This document shows positions 35,661 to 49,637 of a stretch of DNA of 64,000 nt, piece after piece. The DNA is taken from contig NC_047068.1 in NCBI RefSeq assembly GCF_902459465.1, positions 11,532,001 to 11,596,000 of the forward strand, read 5' to 3'. The translations under genes were made by a program, and so were the position numbers. This DNA comes from Asterias rubens (taxonomy: Eukaryota). Under the pieces are notes generated by a model. It saw only the letters and a program-made list of their open reading frames with translations. It made no database searches and had not been told where the DNA came from. Within the stretch, counting starts at the first letter, position 1. Every line of letters starts with the position of its first letter.

Positions 35661-38637
35661 GATCTAGGAACGTTTGAGTTTGTGTTGTTCTTCAATCCTT
35701 AGTAATATCTTGTATGCAGTGATATTTTATCGTGTACTCGTCAATAAGTTTCTGTTTTGTTATGTAGGCCTATACTACGCTGCAAACAACACGGGTTTGA
35801 GTGTGTATTGCAATAATGGTTCAAGATTCTTCAGAGAGGCATCCTGTTTTCCTCCATATTTAGCCTATCTCAAATCGCTTTGGGATTCGGAAACCAAAGT
35901 GTCTTCTGTACCTTTCTATAATAAATAGTCAACATAACAAGAAAACACCCGATAGAACGATGCGTCCAAATGGCCAGCTTGTCTTCTCTATCAACCCTTT
36001 TGTTACTCCATGAATCTACGTTTATAGCAGTCTTCCTTGTTCATGATGCAGCGTCTCTATAAGAAAAAGTCACGGGGTTTATAGAGTGTTTTATCCCGAG
36101 ACCATTTTGACTCTGTCATCGCCAAGACCCGCAGATCTCGGACTTTGTCCTTGGCCCTTCTTTGTCTCATTCACTCATAGGCAACAAAGAAAGTGGACAT
36201 CCTGCGTATGGGAACCCACATCATTTCCAGAGCGCAATTAAAGTCTTATAATGAACTTGATTGGAACCTTACTTCTCTTATATCTTGTGCATCAGCACAA
36301 GAACAAGATACGCGTTGTTACTATAGGTACAGGCCTACTCTTTGTCTTTGATGTTTTGTTTCATTTTATTCCCCGAGTAACGTTATTACTTATTCCCCGA
36401 GTTCATTTTGATTACCCGAGTAATATGCCTGTGGGTTTTTTCCCCACAGAACTCGGGAAACTGCTAGGTATAGAGTGCTATAACACCCATCGGTGTACGG
36501 GTAAAACCATATTATCTTTATCCCCGATGCAAATTTACATCTATTAAAGTTAATTGTTCGGCGTCATCAAAGTCACGGCTGTACAAAACGCATGTTTTGT
36601 CTGAGAGAAAGAAGTCAGGTTGTTGTTCAATCTTTACGGGATTACTTTAAATTTAAGTCACATTTTAAGACGGCTTGATGATGTTCAAACTTCACAGCAA
36701 TAAAGTCATACGGCCGCATATTATTAAAGAGTTGGAACCGCGGGTACCAACTCTTCAATCATTGATTATAAAACTAGCTGGTATGAAGTTAAGCCGTGTG
36801 CAGGCGGTGACTACATCAGCTGTTCACTCTTTGTCCGAAAGTTGAAGTCTACTTTACAACCCCTATTAATGTTAACGCACCATGGTACATCAAAACTTAC
36901 GACGGGTGGTGTCCTTCTCTGGGGCATAAAGAAAACGGAAAGAGACGCTGTGTGTGGTGTCTTTGTCCAAACCCCCACACTCAAATACGTACATAGAGCT
37001 ATATATAAGGTCTGGCCCATGACCGCACTGAAGGAGCGGACCCTCTCAAGTATTTTAAAGCAGCGGTGAAGGAAATCTTACACAGTGTGTGAGGACAAGT
37101 GAGCAGCTGTCAAGCTGTTGTGCTTCGGTTTTTTAATCAGTTTAGTGGAGCACCTTCTGCCCCCCCCCCCCCCCCAGCAAACCCGCCTCCATAACAAAAA
37201 TATGGAACACTCCCCTAAACAAAAACTCCCAAAAACAACCAGCAGAACGCCAAAACAATAACATCCCTGTACACAAACGCACATTGTTCAATGCTCTCTT
37301 TTTCGTATAGGCCTTAAAATGAAAAACTAAATAAATATCTACAATTCCAAAATACAAAACACAACACAAAGAACAGAATACCTTCACACTCTCGATTCGA
37401 GAAAAAAAAGTGCTTCTAAAATGGACCGAACGATGGAACATAGTTGTTACAAATTATATCAGGGTGGGGGTTTTTTTCGTGCAAAATATTCGTTTGGAAT
37501 CCAAACGATACTGAAAATAATAATAATGGCAGAACTCCCGATTGCCTAAATTGTCACCGAGTCTCTTGAACTCCCGATTGCCAAATGTCCACCGTTTCAT
37601 GTACAAGCACGCTCAATGACTTTGTTCAGAACAAGAAAATAAAACAACTATTTACAACCGTTAACTCCCCCACAAAAATTCTCTTTGTCAAACTATTACC
37701 GATATGCATCACGGCTTATAGAAACATTCATGGGACATTAACTGCTGTGAATTATACCACGCTATTGTTATTTTAAAGAATTACTATGATAAGCAAAAGT
37801 CGGACCCTAAAATCCTCTTTAAGCCGCCTGGCATTTTTACCGTGAGTAAACCCCGTTTGTCAGCGGTGCATCTGGACCGCTAAGGCACCCCCCAGCCAGC
37901 TGGTGACTGAACGCGCGCCACGTTGAATGGGAGCCGTGGAACAAAAGGTTACACACATAGCCAGAAAAGATCATCGTTTAACAAGGGTTTCATCTACCAG
38001 TTTTTAGCTTGTTGACCCCTCTGTGTATTGAAATACCCCTGGGGCCAGAGGGTTTGGCACCTGTCCTGAACATGAAGTCCTACTGATTGGTCTGAGACCG
38101 GTAACCTTTCTGTGTGTCTTATAATTAATAGCCCCTCCTTTTTTCATGTAAATGTAAAGATGAACAGGTGGTTACTTGTTCCCAACATAACATACAAAAG
38201 TACGCGGATTAGAGAAGCACGCGAGTATAGTGTTTTTGCGGCAGAAACTTGGCCGATTTCAGAACTAACTGGGCCCAATTTCATGGCTATGCTTACTGCG
38301 GAATTCTGCGCAAGGGTTCCGTAAGCGCAGAATTATGTGGTAAGCAGAGCCGTAAAATTGGGCACTGCTCTTACCAGTACCAAGTCTCTGCTTATAAAGA
38401 CACTGGGCACTATTGGTTGTCAAAGACTAGTCAAATTCCATAGACCATAGAAATAGAACCTGGAGAACGCTGAGTAGCCCCCCGTTGAAAACCCCTCTGT
38501 CCGGTCCCAAAGCAAGCCATCTCCACGGTCAAGTTGTCGACCTGCTTCGCCTTGGGGCTGTTCAAATACAAGCACAGCGCCATGTGCATCTCAAGCCCTT
38601 GCTTCTCCTCCTGTACACAGAGGAAGTCTTTCACGGT

Positions 38638-39024
38638 TTAAAGGCAGTGGACACTATTGGTAATTACTCAAAATAATTATTAGCGTAAAACCTCACTTGG
38701 CAATGAGTAATGGGGAGAGGTTGATGGTATAAAACATTGTGAGAAACGGCTCCCTCTGAAGTGTCATGGTTTTCGAGAAAGAAGTAATTTTCCACAAATT
38801 TGATTTCGAGACCTCAAGTTTAGAACTTGAGGTCTCGAAATCAACTATCTAAACGCACACAACTTCGTGTGACAAGGGTGTTTTTTTCTTTCATTATTAT
38901 CTCGCAAATTCGATGACCGATTGAGCTCAAATTTTCACAGGTTTGTTATTTTATGCATATGTTGAGATACACCAACTGTGAAGGTTAGTCTTTGACACTT
39001 GCCAATAGTTTCCACTGCCTTTAA
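38638..39024. mobile_element. R1 Kolobok-like MITE, full copy
   Basis: TTAA at 38638-38641 and 39021-39024. Confidence 0.8.
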
Positions 39025-40596
39025 CCTGCATCCCTGGTTATAGTTGCTAAATCTACGGAGGCAGAAATAACAAATTGCAAGTGGGTGTCAAAGAGTGGCC
39101 ATGCATGAACGATGAAATATTATTGAAAACATATAACAATTAACGACCGGTGAGTCAAAATCAAATCAAATCAGCAGATCGAGCATTTAATCAACCGACC
39201 AATGAAGTTATAGGCGAATGTTACGATTTTGTTTTAAATGTATGGTTTTTGTTCACCTCTCCATAGGTTGGACGTTCGAAATTGAGTGTGAAAACTTCAC
39301 CAAGCGGGCACTTATAGGGGCTAAATAGAGGGACATGTTCAGAGTTCTTCTTCAGAAAGCTTTTTGCAGTCACCAAAGTCCAAAAGGCAACTTGCCCCTT
39401 TAACCCTTTATACGCCCACTGGGTTTTGTGGACAGTGTACATGAGAAGGAGGTACATGTACATCTTTAAGATAATTCTCTTTATGTATCTTGAAGACACA
39501 GGAAGCGGAGGCTTACCGTGCAAATATCAGAACACCAATTAACATAATGACATTTATTATATTTGATAGAGTTCTTTAAATCCCATATTTTTTGAAACCA
39601 TGACCATCCATCTTGGATGATCTGGCCGTGTTCTTTCATGCGGCATTGTAAAGCCATGAAATTGAGCCCCATTTCCCTCCTCCATGGTTTGACCCAGTGT
39701 ATTATGGGTTGCAGAGAACCTATCGATTACTAACATCTTTGCTCCTAGACACCATGTGACCCCATCTCCTCAACCCTATAGCACTGCATCCTCAGTACCA
39801 GACGCAGTCCACATTAATAAGACTGTAGACGACTTGAGCGCAGACTAAGATAGAGTAGGCAGATGCACTAGTCGCAACCGTATATAATCACGGGTGAAGA
39901 AAATAGACTATTCCTCCATGCCGTACTGTACTACACGTCTCAGCATTGACTTCCATGCGTCAGTCCCTCACTACGTTGAGCTTAGAGGTGTTTCGTGTGT
40001 ACAGGGGCATGAGATGTGTTTATTGGCTAGAATGTCACAACTTGCGTCTCTAACGCACATTAAAGGGACTTACTCAAAATTAGAATCGTTGGTGTTTGAA
40101 AAAGCTTTCTAGCAGATATGCGGAACACATTCAAGGTCAAAGACTATAACTGAGTGTGTCTTTAATCATGGGTTTTAACGCAATTAGCTTGTCGATCATT
40201 GTAGCAGCAGGACATAATATTGAAGGTATAGTACTCCTTGTGTTTGAAAGATACGGATTAGATTTCTTCTGATCCTCATATTTTCTAAACAAACTGTAAA
40301 ATTTCCTTATTTTTCCCGATAGTTAGCAATCCATTCCTGCATTTGACCTTTCCAATTCATTATAATCAATGCAACAAAATGCAGTAGTAAAATGTGTTTG
40401 TAAATCCCACAGAATAAGGATCAGTCTATGCACGGTGTGGTAGCCAATGTATTACAATGTTAAGGCAGTGTATGTTACGTGATGACACCCACATGGCGGA
40501 CTGTAAATCTATCCACAAGCTGTAATCATCGATGCGTAAAGGCTTCATATCCTCTCACGTGAAACAATTTGAAATCTAAACGCGGCCAACGACTAC

Positions 40597-40945
40597 TTAA
40601 AGGTACTTAGACACTATTGGTAATTACTTCATATAGTTGTAAGCATACAAACTTACTTGGTAACTTGCAATGGAGAGCTGTTCTGAGAATACAACATTGT
40701 GAGAAACGGCTCTCTCTGAAGGAAAGGAAGTTTTCGATATTTGAATTGATTTGAATTGAGACCTCACGCATGAGATCTCGAAATCAAGCATCTGAAATCA
40801 CACAACTTCGTGAGGGTGTTTTTTCTTCCATTGTTATCTCGCAACTTCGACGACCAATTGAGTTCAAATTTTCACAGGTTTGTTATTTTATGTACATGTT
40901 GAGATACACCAAGTGAGAAGACTGGTCTTTGACAGTTACCAAATG
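40597..40945. mobile_element. R1 MITE, diverged
   Basis: Colinear with R1 but with many substitutions; right TIR eroded. Confidence 0.65.
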
Positions 40946-41195
40946 TATCCATATGTCAGTTGTCTTTGGAGACGTTCTGGGTTTGCCCCTTACCATTTTT
41001 TAATGACTGGCCCGAATGACTAGTTAGCTTGTCATTTCACTAGTCAGCTTTGTCGCTGGGCCATATTTCAAATGATAATATGGACGTTTTTAAAACTGAG
41101 CTAGCCAGCTGGGGCACTTGCCAAAGCTAGCCCGTGATCAAAGTGAATTTCAATCATACATTACGTTGGTGAGGATACAACGCGCCTAAACATGC

Positions 41196-41583
41196 TTAAT
41201 GGCAGTGGACACTATTGGTAATTGTCAAAGACTAAGCCTTCACAGTTGGTGTATCTCCACATATGCATAAAATAACAAAGCTGTGAAAATTTGAGCTCAA
41301 TCGGTCATCAAAGTTGCGAGATAATAATGAAAGAAAAAAACACCCTTGTCACACGAAGTTGTGTGCGTTTACATGGTTGATTTCGAGACCTCAAGTTCTA
41401 AATCTGAGGTCTCGAAATCAAGTTTGTGGAAAATTACTTCTTTCTCTAAAACTATGGCACTTCAGAGGGAGCCGTTTCTCACAATGTTTCATACCATCAA
41501 CCTCTCCCCATTACTCGTCACCAAGTAAGGTTTTATGCCAATAATTATTTTGAGTAATTACCAATAGTGTCCACTGCCTTTAA
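41196..41583. mobile_element. R1 Kolobok-like MITE
   Basis: TTAA-TGGCAGTGGACAC ... GTGTCCACTGCCT-TTAA. Confidence 0.8.
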
Positions 41584-41779
41584 CGAAAACATTTTGCAAA
41601 ACGTTTAACAACAAAACAGAAGAAGTTTAGTTTATGCTTATCTAGAGTAAAACAGCCGCTGTGCTGGCATTTATATCCGGTATAAAGATCTATAAATGAA
41701 TAACTTATTTGAGAAATAAACAAATTGTATACACAATTGTATACACGCAAGTTTGTGAGAAGTGAGATTCTGAAAAGAG

Positions 41780-42009
41780 CCGGGCCCAATTTCATAGAGC
41801 TGCTAAGCATGAAATTTCTTCCTTGATAAAAACAAGATTACCATCAAAATTTCCACATGATTTTCAGGATAAGCAAACAAACAGCTAAATACCAGTAACA
41901 AGCAATATGCAACGAATGGAAATTTGGTTGGTAATTCTGTTTTTATCAAGGAAGAAATTTCATGCTTAGCAAATTTTTGTGCTTAGCAGTGCTATGAAAT
42001 TGGGCCCCG
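41780..42009. mobile_element. Harbinger-like MITE R3 inserted into a hammerhead-bearing repeat
   Basis: CCG TSD on both sides; removing it restores CTGAAAAGAGCCGGTGTTGTCTCGACGTTTCG. Confidence 0.75.
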
Positions 42010-43215
42010 GTGTTGTCTCGACGTTTCGAACAGCATACCCTGCTCGTGTTCTGGGGAATGTTAATTGTCCATTAGTTATTCATTTTTTAACCAAGAATAC
42101 AGCTGTCAATTTTACACTTCAAGAACAGGGTGTTAAAATATACACCAAAACAAAAACAAAAACCTCAAAATGTACACATTCCAAGATATTTAGATTTCAC
42201 GCTTGTATTGTCATTTAAAATATTATTTGAGTTTTGTAATTTCAAAAGGATTTCTCGCTGACCGAACCCTTTAAATGATACACTTAGGCCTTGACATTTC
42301 ACTTGAAAAGACAAGATTGCACTAAATAACATCGACACCAAAACGACATGTGCAACTTGCCGTCTTTACTACATTCAAATCTTCCAAACAAAAAATAAAC
42401 AGTAAATCTCACATGCAAACGCTCAAATATACAAAACACTTCATCAATAAATTAACTACACCCAAATATATAAGACACTCGTATGCAAACCTTAACCATT
42501 GTTTATTGACCCAACGTAAAAGTTTGGGTTATAAACACTTCCGACAATGACGTGGTGTAAAGATAGAAAAATAATGGTGTATTATTTTACTGATTTTACC
42601 ACGCAACTCACAACGGTAAATAATCTGTACTGATTACTACTTGCCGATAGCTGTTGTGCAGTCGCCCCGCAAAATGGCCTTTGCTCGCCGTTCATTAAGA
42701 GACCAAGTAATTTATTGGAAAACAATCCGTCTCTATATCACCAAACACGTGCGTACTCCGACGTCATATGATGTCATTACATGACGTCACTGGAGTCCAT
42801 AGGGGAGTTCAATAGTATATTCACGGATTCCTTTTCTGTTGTGTATGTGGGATTTTAATACTTGTATTGATGTTTTTGACATGTAGATGGGTTATTTTAA
42901 CTATTAGCCCCGTAGATGGGGCTTTATTTTTAAGTCTCAGTTCCATCGGAAGCGAAGGGTTGTGGGCGTAAAAACTCGCATTGGGAATTATGAACGACCG
43001 TTAATGAACATTATAAAACGGAAGAAGGGCCCCGATATCACAGTGTTGGATGTATTTATTTCCGGTTTTTCATGTTACCAACTTACAAAATCATTTTTGA
43101 GGAATGCTGGTGGCTATTTCTGGACTCTTTATTTGTTCAAATCTATAAAATGTGTAAAGTTGAGTTTAAATGAGTTTAAATAGGCTGTGGTTATACAGTG
43201 TGGGATGTGTAGCCC

Positions 43216-43575
43216 TCCTTGCTGTTCTTGTCCATACTGTTCCTGTATAAGATCTTATGTCATCCCTCCATCTTCTTCTTTGTCTGCCTCTTCTACTTTT
43301 CCCTGTTCTTTGTTGCCATTCTATTCATCTCTATTCCTTGCTCTTCTTGTCCATACTGTTCCTTCATAAGATCTTATGTTATCCCTACATCTTCTTTTTT
43401 TGTCTGCCTCTTCTACTTTTCCCTGTCCTTGGTTGCAATTCCATACATCTCTATTCCTTGCTCTTCTTGTCCATACTGTTCCTTCATAAGATCTTATGTT
43501 ATCCCTACATCTTCTTCTTTGTCTGCCTCTTCTACTTTTCCCTGTCTTTTGTTGCCACTCCATAAGTCTTGTCGT
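43216..43575. repeat. ~120-bp pyrimidine-rich tandem repeat, 3 copies
   Basis: TCTTGTCCATAC at 43226, 43345 and 43465. Confidence 0.9.
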
Positions 43576-43714
43576 CCACCTCTTCTCTGTTTTTCTGAAT
43601 GTGTTGAAGATTGTCTCATGGTAACCTCTTCACTATACGTGCTGGCAACCTGTCCACCTATACGTGGACCCGGGTTCGAACTCAACTCGGACGGCGACTC
43701 GTCACGGATCAGGT

Positions 43715-44473
43715 TTAAAGGCAGTGGACACTATTGGTAAATTGTCAAAGACTAGCCTTGTTGGTGTATCTCAACATATGCATAAAATAACAAACCTGTG
43801 AACATTTTAGCTTAATCGGTCATCGAAGTTGCGAGATATTAATGAAAGAAAAATAACCCTTGTCACACAAAGTTGTTTTGTCTCAGATTTAGAACTTGAG
43901 GTCTCGAAATCAAATTTGTGGAAAATTACTTCTTTCTCGAAAACTATGGCACTTCAGAGGGAGCCGTCTCTCACAATGTTTTATACCATCAACCTCTCCC
44001 CATTACTCGTCACCAAGAAAGGTTTTATGCCAATAATTATTTTGAGTAATTACCAATAGTGTCCACTGCCTTCAAGTCCATACGCTATGGTTTTCCTCCC
44101 GGGCTCAAAGGCACTGGACACACGTTTGGCAATTTGTCAAAGACTCGTATTCTCACTTGGTGTATCCCAACATTTAGGCATAAAATAACAAACCTGTCAA
44201 AATTAAAGCTCAACTATTCATAGAATTTGCAGGAGAATCATGAAAGATAAAAACAAAATTGTTGTGCTTTCAGATACATAATGAAAGGCTTCAGGCCTGA
44301 AGTCTTTTATTATTTGAGTGAGAAATTACCTCTTTCTCAAAGAGTACGTTCCTTCAGAGGAAGCCGTTTCTCATAATGTTTTATACTATCAACAGCTCTC
44401 CATTGCTCGTTACCAAGTAAGTTTTTATGCTAATAATTGTTTTGAGTGATTACAATTAGTGTCGTGTCTTTAA
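43715..44473. mobile_element. Adjacent R1a (43715-44074) and R1b (44105-44473) MITEs
   Basis: R1b shares the termini and body but has the central palindrome GGCTTCAGGCCTGAAGTC. Confidence 0.7.
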
Positions 44474-45565
44474 ACCGAACCTTCTCTACACCAGATATCT
44501 TCTAGCCCTCGGGTTACAGCTAGCGCTAGCTGCGCCAGCGTTTGCTTATCAACATTATAGAAGAAAAAAACACCAAGATGGTCGATGAGTTATTTATAAA
44601 TCAACGGAACAAAAGGCTATACATTTTGAATGTCACGATATATAAACAACAAATCTTATTGGAAACAGTACAGCGATATTTACCCGTAGCCGACCTACTT
44701 CATCTCAGTCCCGCCAAAAGAAAACAGAAGGATCCGAATAAACACAACACGCCTCTTACGTCATCGCTTGCGTCATCAAAACTGCAACTCGGCTTCCTAA
44801 AGTTCATCCCTATCTGAAACCCTCTGCAAGTTGCGTCAGAGTGGACGTACATGGCTCAGAGCATCTTAAATGAACCATCAGTTGATGTGAAGAAAGGGTT
44901 CTTTTTGAATTCGATAAAACTCAAGTGAAATCTTGAAATCCTTGTCCTTTACGTTGGAGGGCCGTTATTAAAAGGCCACGTGGCCCAGATTCCATTGCAC
45001 TTAGCGTCAATCTCATTAAATTATCTGATCCAAAATAATACCGCTAATGAACCGAAATGGTCACAATAAAGCTGCGTTAACCTGCACGTAATAATTGACC
45101 AAGTAGGATTTGAAACTCTGGTGATGTTTGCGGTATTCAGAGAAGTGAGCTGTCAACCACCGGCTCTTCTCAGAGCCAAAACTTCTCAAACGAGTTATGT
45201 TGATTTCATGACATTCAAAGTTTATAGCCTTGTCGTTCCGTGGATTTGCTAAATACTAACTCATCCCCACCCTGTTTTCTTGATAGTTAAGTTGACACGT
45301 GGTGCTAAAGTACCGCAAACCCCACCTGAATAATTGACTCGTTTACTGACGACGAACCCATAACCAGCAGCATATGACAATGTATAAAACTATTTCGTTT
45401 ACACGAATTAATAAGTAATTGTTCTCAATAAGTTATCCACTCCTACGTTAAATGTTAACAGAAATCGACAGGGGCATAAAATGTGCTGTGCATGTTTAGA
45501 GAAAATTAATAATCGAATTATTTTAAAGACAACACGAGTAGGCCCTTTCGGTACCATACCAATAA

Positions 45566-45790
45566 ACTAAAGCATCTTGTCTGCCATATTGCTGCACTCA
45601 TATCAGTGATTCGGGAGTAGCACATTATGGCGGACAATGTGAGGATAATTTGGCACATTAAAACGAGGCCCTGTCGGTACAATAAAAGTAACCCGTAAAC
45701 TAAAGCATCTTGTCTGCCATATTGCTGCACTCATATCAGTGATCCATGAGATAATATGGCGGACTATAATGAGGCTAAGTTGGCACATTA
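45566..45790. repeat. 133-bp period duplication
   Basis: ACTAAAGCATCTTGTCTGCC at ~45566 and ~45699. Confidence 0.85.
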
Positions 45791-47058
45791 CTCAATACGC
45801 TAAAAGGCATTAGTTTGCAGCTTCACTTTGAGAATCGAGTTCCATAAAAGGCGCCAAAATTCCACAGTTTCAAGTTGTAGAATCCCCCACTCACAAATGG
45901 TGTTTCTTCGAGGTTGATTTGTTTTGATCAGCAGATTTTTACAACGATATTTTCTTCGTCCACGTATAGATTTTGGATATTTTTCAATCGAGAAACTTTG
46001 CTAACCTCGCAAATCAACCACTTAAATGATGGCGCGTATTAATAGTTCGCATGGTAGTCAAAAACATGACTGTTCAATAGACCACGTGTTATACCTAAAT
46101 TTACGCATAATCTTATTCTTCAATGTTATGCCAGATAACCTACGATATTATTTTATGTGATAATTTTTCACAGGACTCGGGAAAGTACTGAGTATACAGT
46201 GCTAACACACATCGGTGTATGGGTAAAAAAACAAAATTAATACAATATTATTACTTTAAAGTTATATAGCATTGTTACGTTTTCTTTTATATGTATTGTT
46301 TCTGTTGCAAGTTATTATAGAAGTGAACAATAACAATTCCAATTCTGCATTTCGGCTATTTACAGGCATTTAAGTCGACTAAAACGAGTTTCCCTGGCCC
46401 CGTAAATCCGATATAAGTTACAATGACGACGTCGACGTGCCGTCCGTAACGCCATCCCACCACCCGTAACATATCTCAGCCAAATGTCAATGCCAGTTAT
46501 AAGGTCTCTTGGATCGTACTTCGGTAAACACCGACGTAGAACTCTGAAGTGACAGCAAAAAGGGGATATAATAAGTAAGATGGGGAAAAAAACATGACAA
46601 AGAGATCGGGAAAACAACGAAAAGCTTCTCGTTCTTTATGAGTGGGACCAGACGTGAAAAACAACTAAGGAATGGGGGAACCAAACATATTTTGTTGCCT
46701 ACACTTTACCGCTGGGAACTCCCTTTAGCAAGCGAACTACATCTATCTATAAAAATCCAGGATTCTATTTGATGCGAGGAAGTGGAAAATATGCAGTTCC
46801 CTTAAGAATTGACGTTCGGAAAGACATTTTGAAGACTCACTGATGGCCCCTGGATACCTTGTGCGGTCCTTTTATAATGTCGAGCTTTATAATTACCATA
46901 TATTCTTCATAATGTTCATGTTTTCCCTCAAGTATGCGGGTCAAACACTGATTGTGGTAAAAATAAATCAACTGAAAGGTAAAACAAATACAATTTTACA
47001 TCAACATTAGGCTACAGGTCAATGGCACATTCTTTGTCACTTTAAGCAAGATAATCTT

Positions 47059-47315
47059 GGTGTGTCGAGGCTGAGCGGATAAGAGCACCGGACTCGAGCT
47101 CTGGTGTCTCTGTTCAGCAGAGGGTGGGTTTGAGTCCCGGTCGTGACACGGTGTCTCGTCCTTCGGGTGTGACGTGAAGCTCTTGGTTCCGTCTGTTGTG
47201 TATAACACGTTAAAGAACCCACTGCACTTATCAAAAAAAGAAGCCCGGTGTTCCTGGTTTGATTGGCTGCATATTGCACCACATCACCTTGTAAACCATT
47301 ACATGGTGCTATGGA
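47059..47315 (+). mobile_element. tRNA-derived SINE family S1
   Basis: GCTGAGCGGATAAGAGCACCGGAC...GGTTTGAGTCCCGGTCGTGACAC head plus body; related copies at 6989-7075, 60782-60880 and 63365-63560, tail-only at ~2655-2720. Confidence 0.75.
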
Positions 47316-47704
47316 ATTTGCCTCGAACTTCTTCAAGCTCTACAATAACTCAAAGGAAAATAATGATTGGAGGCGCTCTTTCCTAAATTGATATTTTTTT
47401 GTGTGACTGCTAAAACAAACAAAACCGAGGTGCTACATCTGACGGTTGCATCCATTTCGTGGATAAATCCATACAATACATCAGGCAAGGACTTGACAAT
47501 AATGACACGAGAAGTGTCACTGATTGTTTATGCTTTTTCGAAGCTTGGCAAAGAAACCACAAAGGTCTTCCAGGAGGAAGGTCAGGAAATGTTATGCGCT
47601 CAAAGACGTCTTCCGGGGCCGTGAGCCTTTGGCAAAAACAATCTATTGTGTTCACCGCTCAAGAGCGACTGTGCCCCCTCCCATTGCACCGGCGCTTACT
47701 TTGT

Positions 47705-48102
47705 TTAAAGACACAGCTGCCGTCGATTTCACAAAGAGTTAGGACTCGTCTTATCTGGAGTTAGGACGAGTAACTCGTCCTAACTTAGGATTAATCTAAA
47801 GGTCTGCATGCTACAGTGCAGTGTTGGGACTCGTCCTAAGTCTTAAGATTAGTCTTAAATTAGGAAGAATTTTGTGAAGTCGACGGACACCTTTAGTAAT
47901 TGTCAAAGACCAGTATTCTCATTTGGTGTATCCCACCATGTTATGCGTCAAATAACAAGTCTGTGAAAATTTTGGCAGACAATAATGAAAAAAAAACACT
48001 CTTGCTGCTGAACTATCAACAGCTCTCCATTGCTTGTTACCGAGTAAGTTTTTATGCTAACAATTATTTAGAGTAATAACAAATAGTGGCCAGTGTCTTT
48101 AA
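47705..48102. mobile_element. R1b MITE with a Harbinger-like R2 element nested in its TIR (~47720-47885)
   Basis: TTAAAGACAC-[GTCGATTTCACAAAG...TTTGTGAAGTCGAC]-GGACACC...GTGTCTTTAA. Confidence 0.7.
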
Positions 48103-48287
48103 AACCATGCAGTAATGGCCTCTGTCACCACATGTTGACATGATTCTCATTGTCTTACCCATCTCGCACACTGGTCAATTCATTAGCCATGATATCCTAC
48201 GCTGGACCACGCCACACATCCTAAAGGGGTTGTCAATTAACAGGGGTCAGTGATTTGGTTAGGAGGGGCATGACATTTTGTGGTATT

Positions 48288-48843
48288 GGGCCCTTGGCCA
48301 AATTTCATGAAGCTGTTAAAGGCAGTGGACACTATTGGTAATTACTCAAAATATTTATTAGCATAAAACCATATTACTTGGTAACGAGTATGGGGACAGG
48401 GTTGATAGTATGAAACATTGTGAGAAACAGCTCCTTCTGAAGTAACGTAGTTTTTCGAGAAAGTAGTAATTTTCCACAAATTTGATTTCGAGACCTCAGA
48501 TTTAGAATTTGAGGTCTCAAAATCAAGCATCAAAAAGCACACAGTTACGTATGACAAGGGTGTTTTTTCTTTCTTTCATTATTATCTCGAAACTTCGACG
48601 ACCAATTGAGCTCGAATTTTCACAGGTTTGTTATTGTATGCATATGTTGAGATACACCAAGTGAGAAGACTGGTCTTTGACAATAATTACCAATAGTGTC
48701 CAGGGTCTTTAAGCAGAAAATAATGCTTGACAAATAAATTTGTGAACAATGAGTGGGGCACCACCGTTACAACAATGTGCACCTTATGTAATTTTGGCTG
48801 GTAATCAGTTTGTGCTGATGACAGGCTTTATGAAATTGGGCCC
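48288..48843. mobile_element. Harbinger-like R3 MITE interrupted by an R1 MITE (48316-48712) at a TTAA
   Basis: CCAAATTTCATGAAGCTG-TTAA-[R1]-TTAA-GCAGAAAA...ATGAAATTGGGCCC. Confidence 0.75.
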
Positions 48844-49280
48844 TGAGTATCGCTTCCAATAGGCTAAGCAGAAAACGCCTGGTTACAGAGGCTTTATAAC
48901 GCTTAGCAGTGCATTCTAAACAGCTGCTGTGCCCTTGTTTCATTGCCCTCTGATGATATCAATAGTGGTAAACCCCAGCTAGATACTTAACATGATCGTA
49001 ATGTCATTATGGGGTGAGTAACAGTCTAGACAGGATGGAACTACAACAAGTGCCTGTCACCTGCTCACATCCTTTGGGGGCTAATGGACCGGCAGGCAGG
49101 GGAGGACGAACCAGACTCATCTGCAAGGCTACTCGTGTGTTCATGTATTAATTGGCGGGCAGTAGTGTGAACTACTGCCCTGGAGGGCAATCATTTAACA
49201 AATTGCCATCCTTGCGAAAGGGAGATAATAATATACTTTGTTATGTTTGTAGCAAGTTGGGGAAATTATAATAAATGCAC

Positions 49281-49637
49281 TTAAAGGCACTAGACACAAT
49301 ATTGGTCATTGCTCAGAGTTATTGTTAGAATAGCAACCGACTTGGTATTACGAGAAATGCAGAGCTATACAACATTGTAAGAATTGGCTCACTCTGAAGT
49401 AACGTAAAGAAAAAAAATCATGAATCACTCTTACTAATGATACTTCAAGCCTGAAGCCTTTTATTAGGCATTTGAAAGCACACAAATTAAATTTGCGCAA
49501 CAAGGTGGGTTAGTTCTTGCATTATTCTCTTGCAACTTCGATGACCAATATTGAGTAACGAAATGTTCACTAATTTCTTATTTTATGCATATTGGGATAC
49601 ACCAAAAGAGGTTACTGGTCTTTACCAAAGGTTTTAA
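49281..49637. mobile_element. R1b MITE, diverged
   Basis: TTAAAGGCACTAGACAC start; CTTCAAGCCTGAAG centre. Confidence 0.6.

Noticed and set aside
43219-43740. 173-aa and overlapping ORFs
   Set aside because: Produced by a 120-bp (in-frame) low-complexity tandem repeat.
48950-48985. CTGATGA hammerhead core or snoRNA C box
   Set aside because: No correctly placed GAAA after the putative stem II, and no matching D box or terminal stem.
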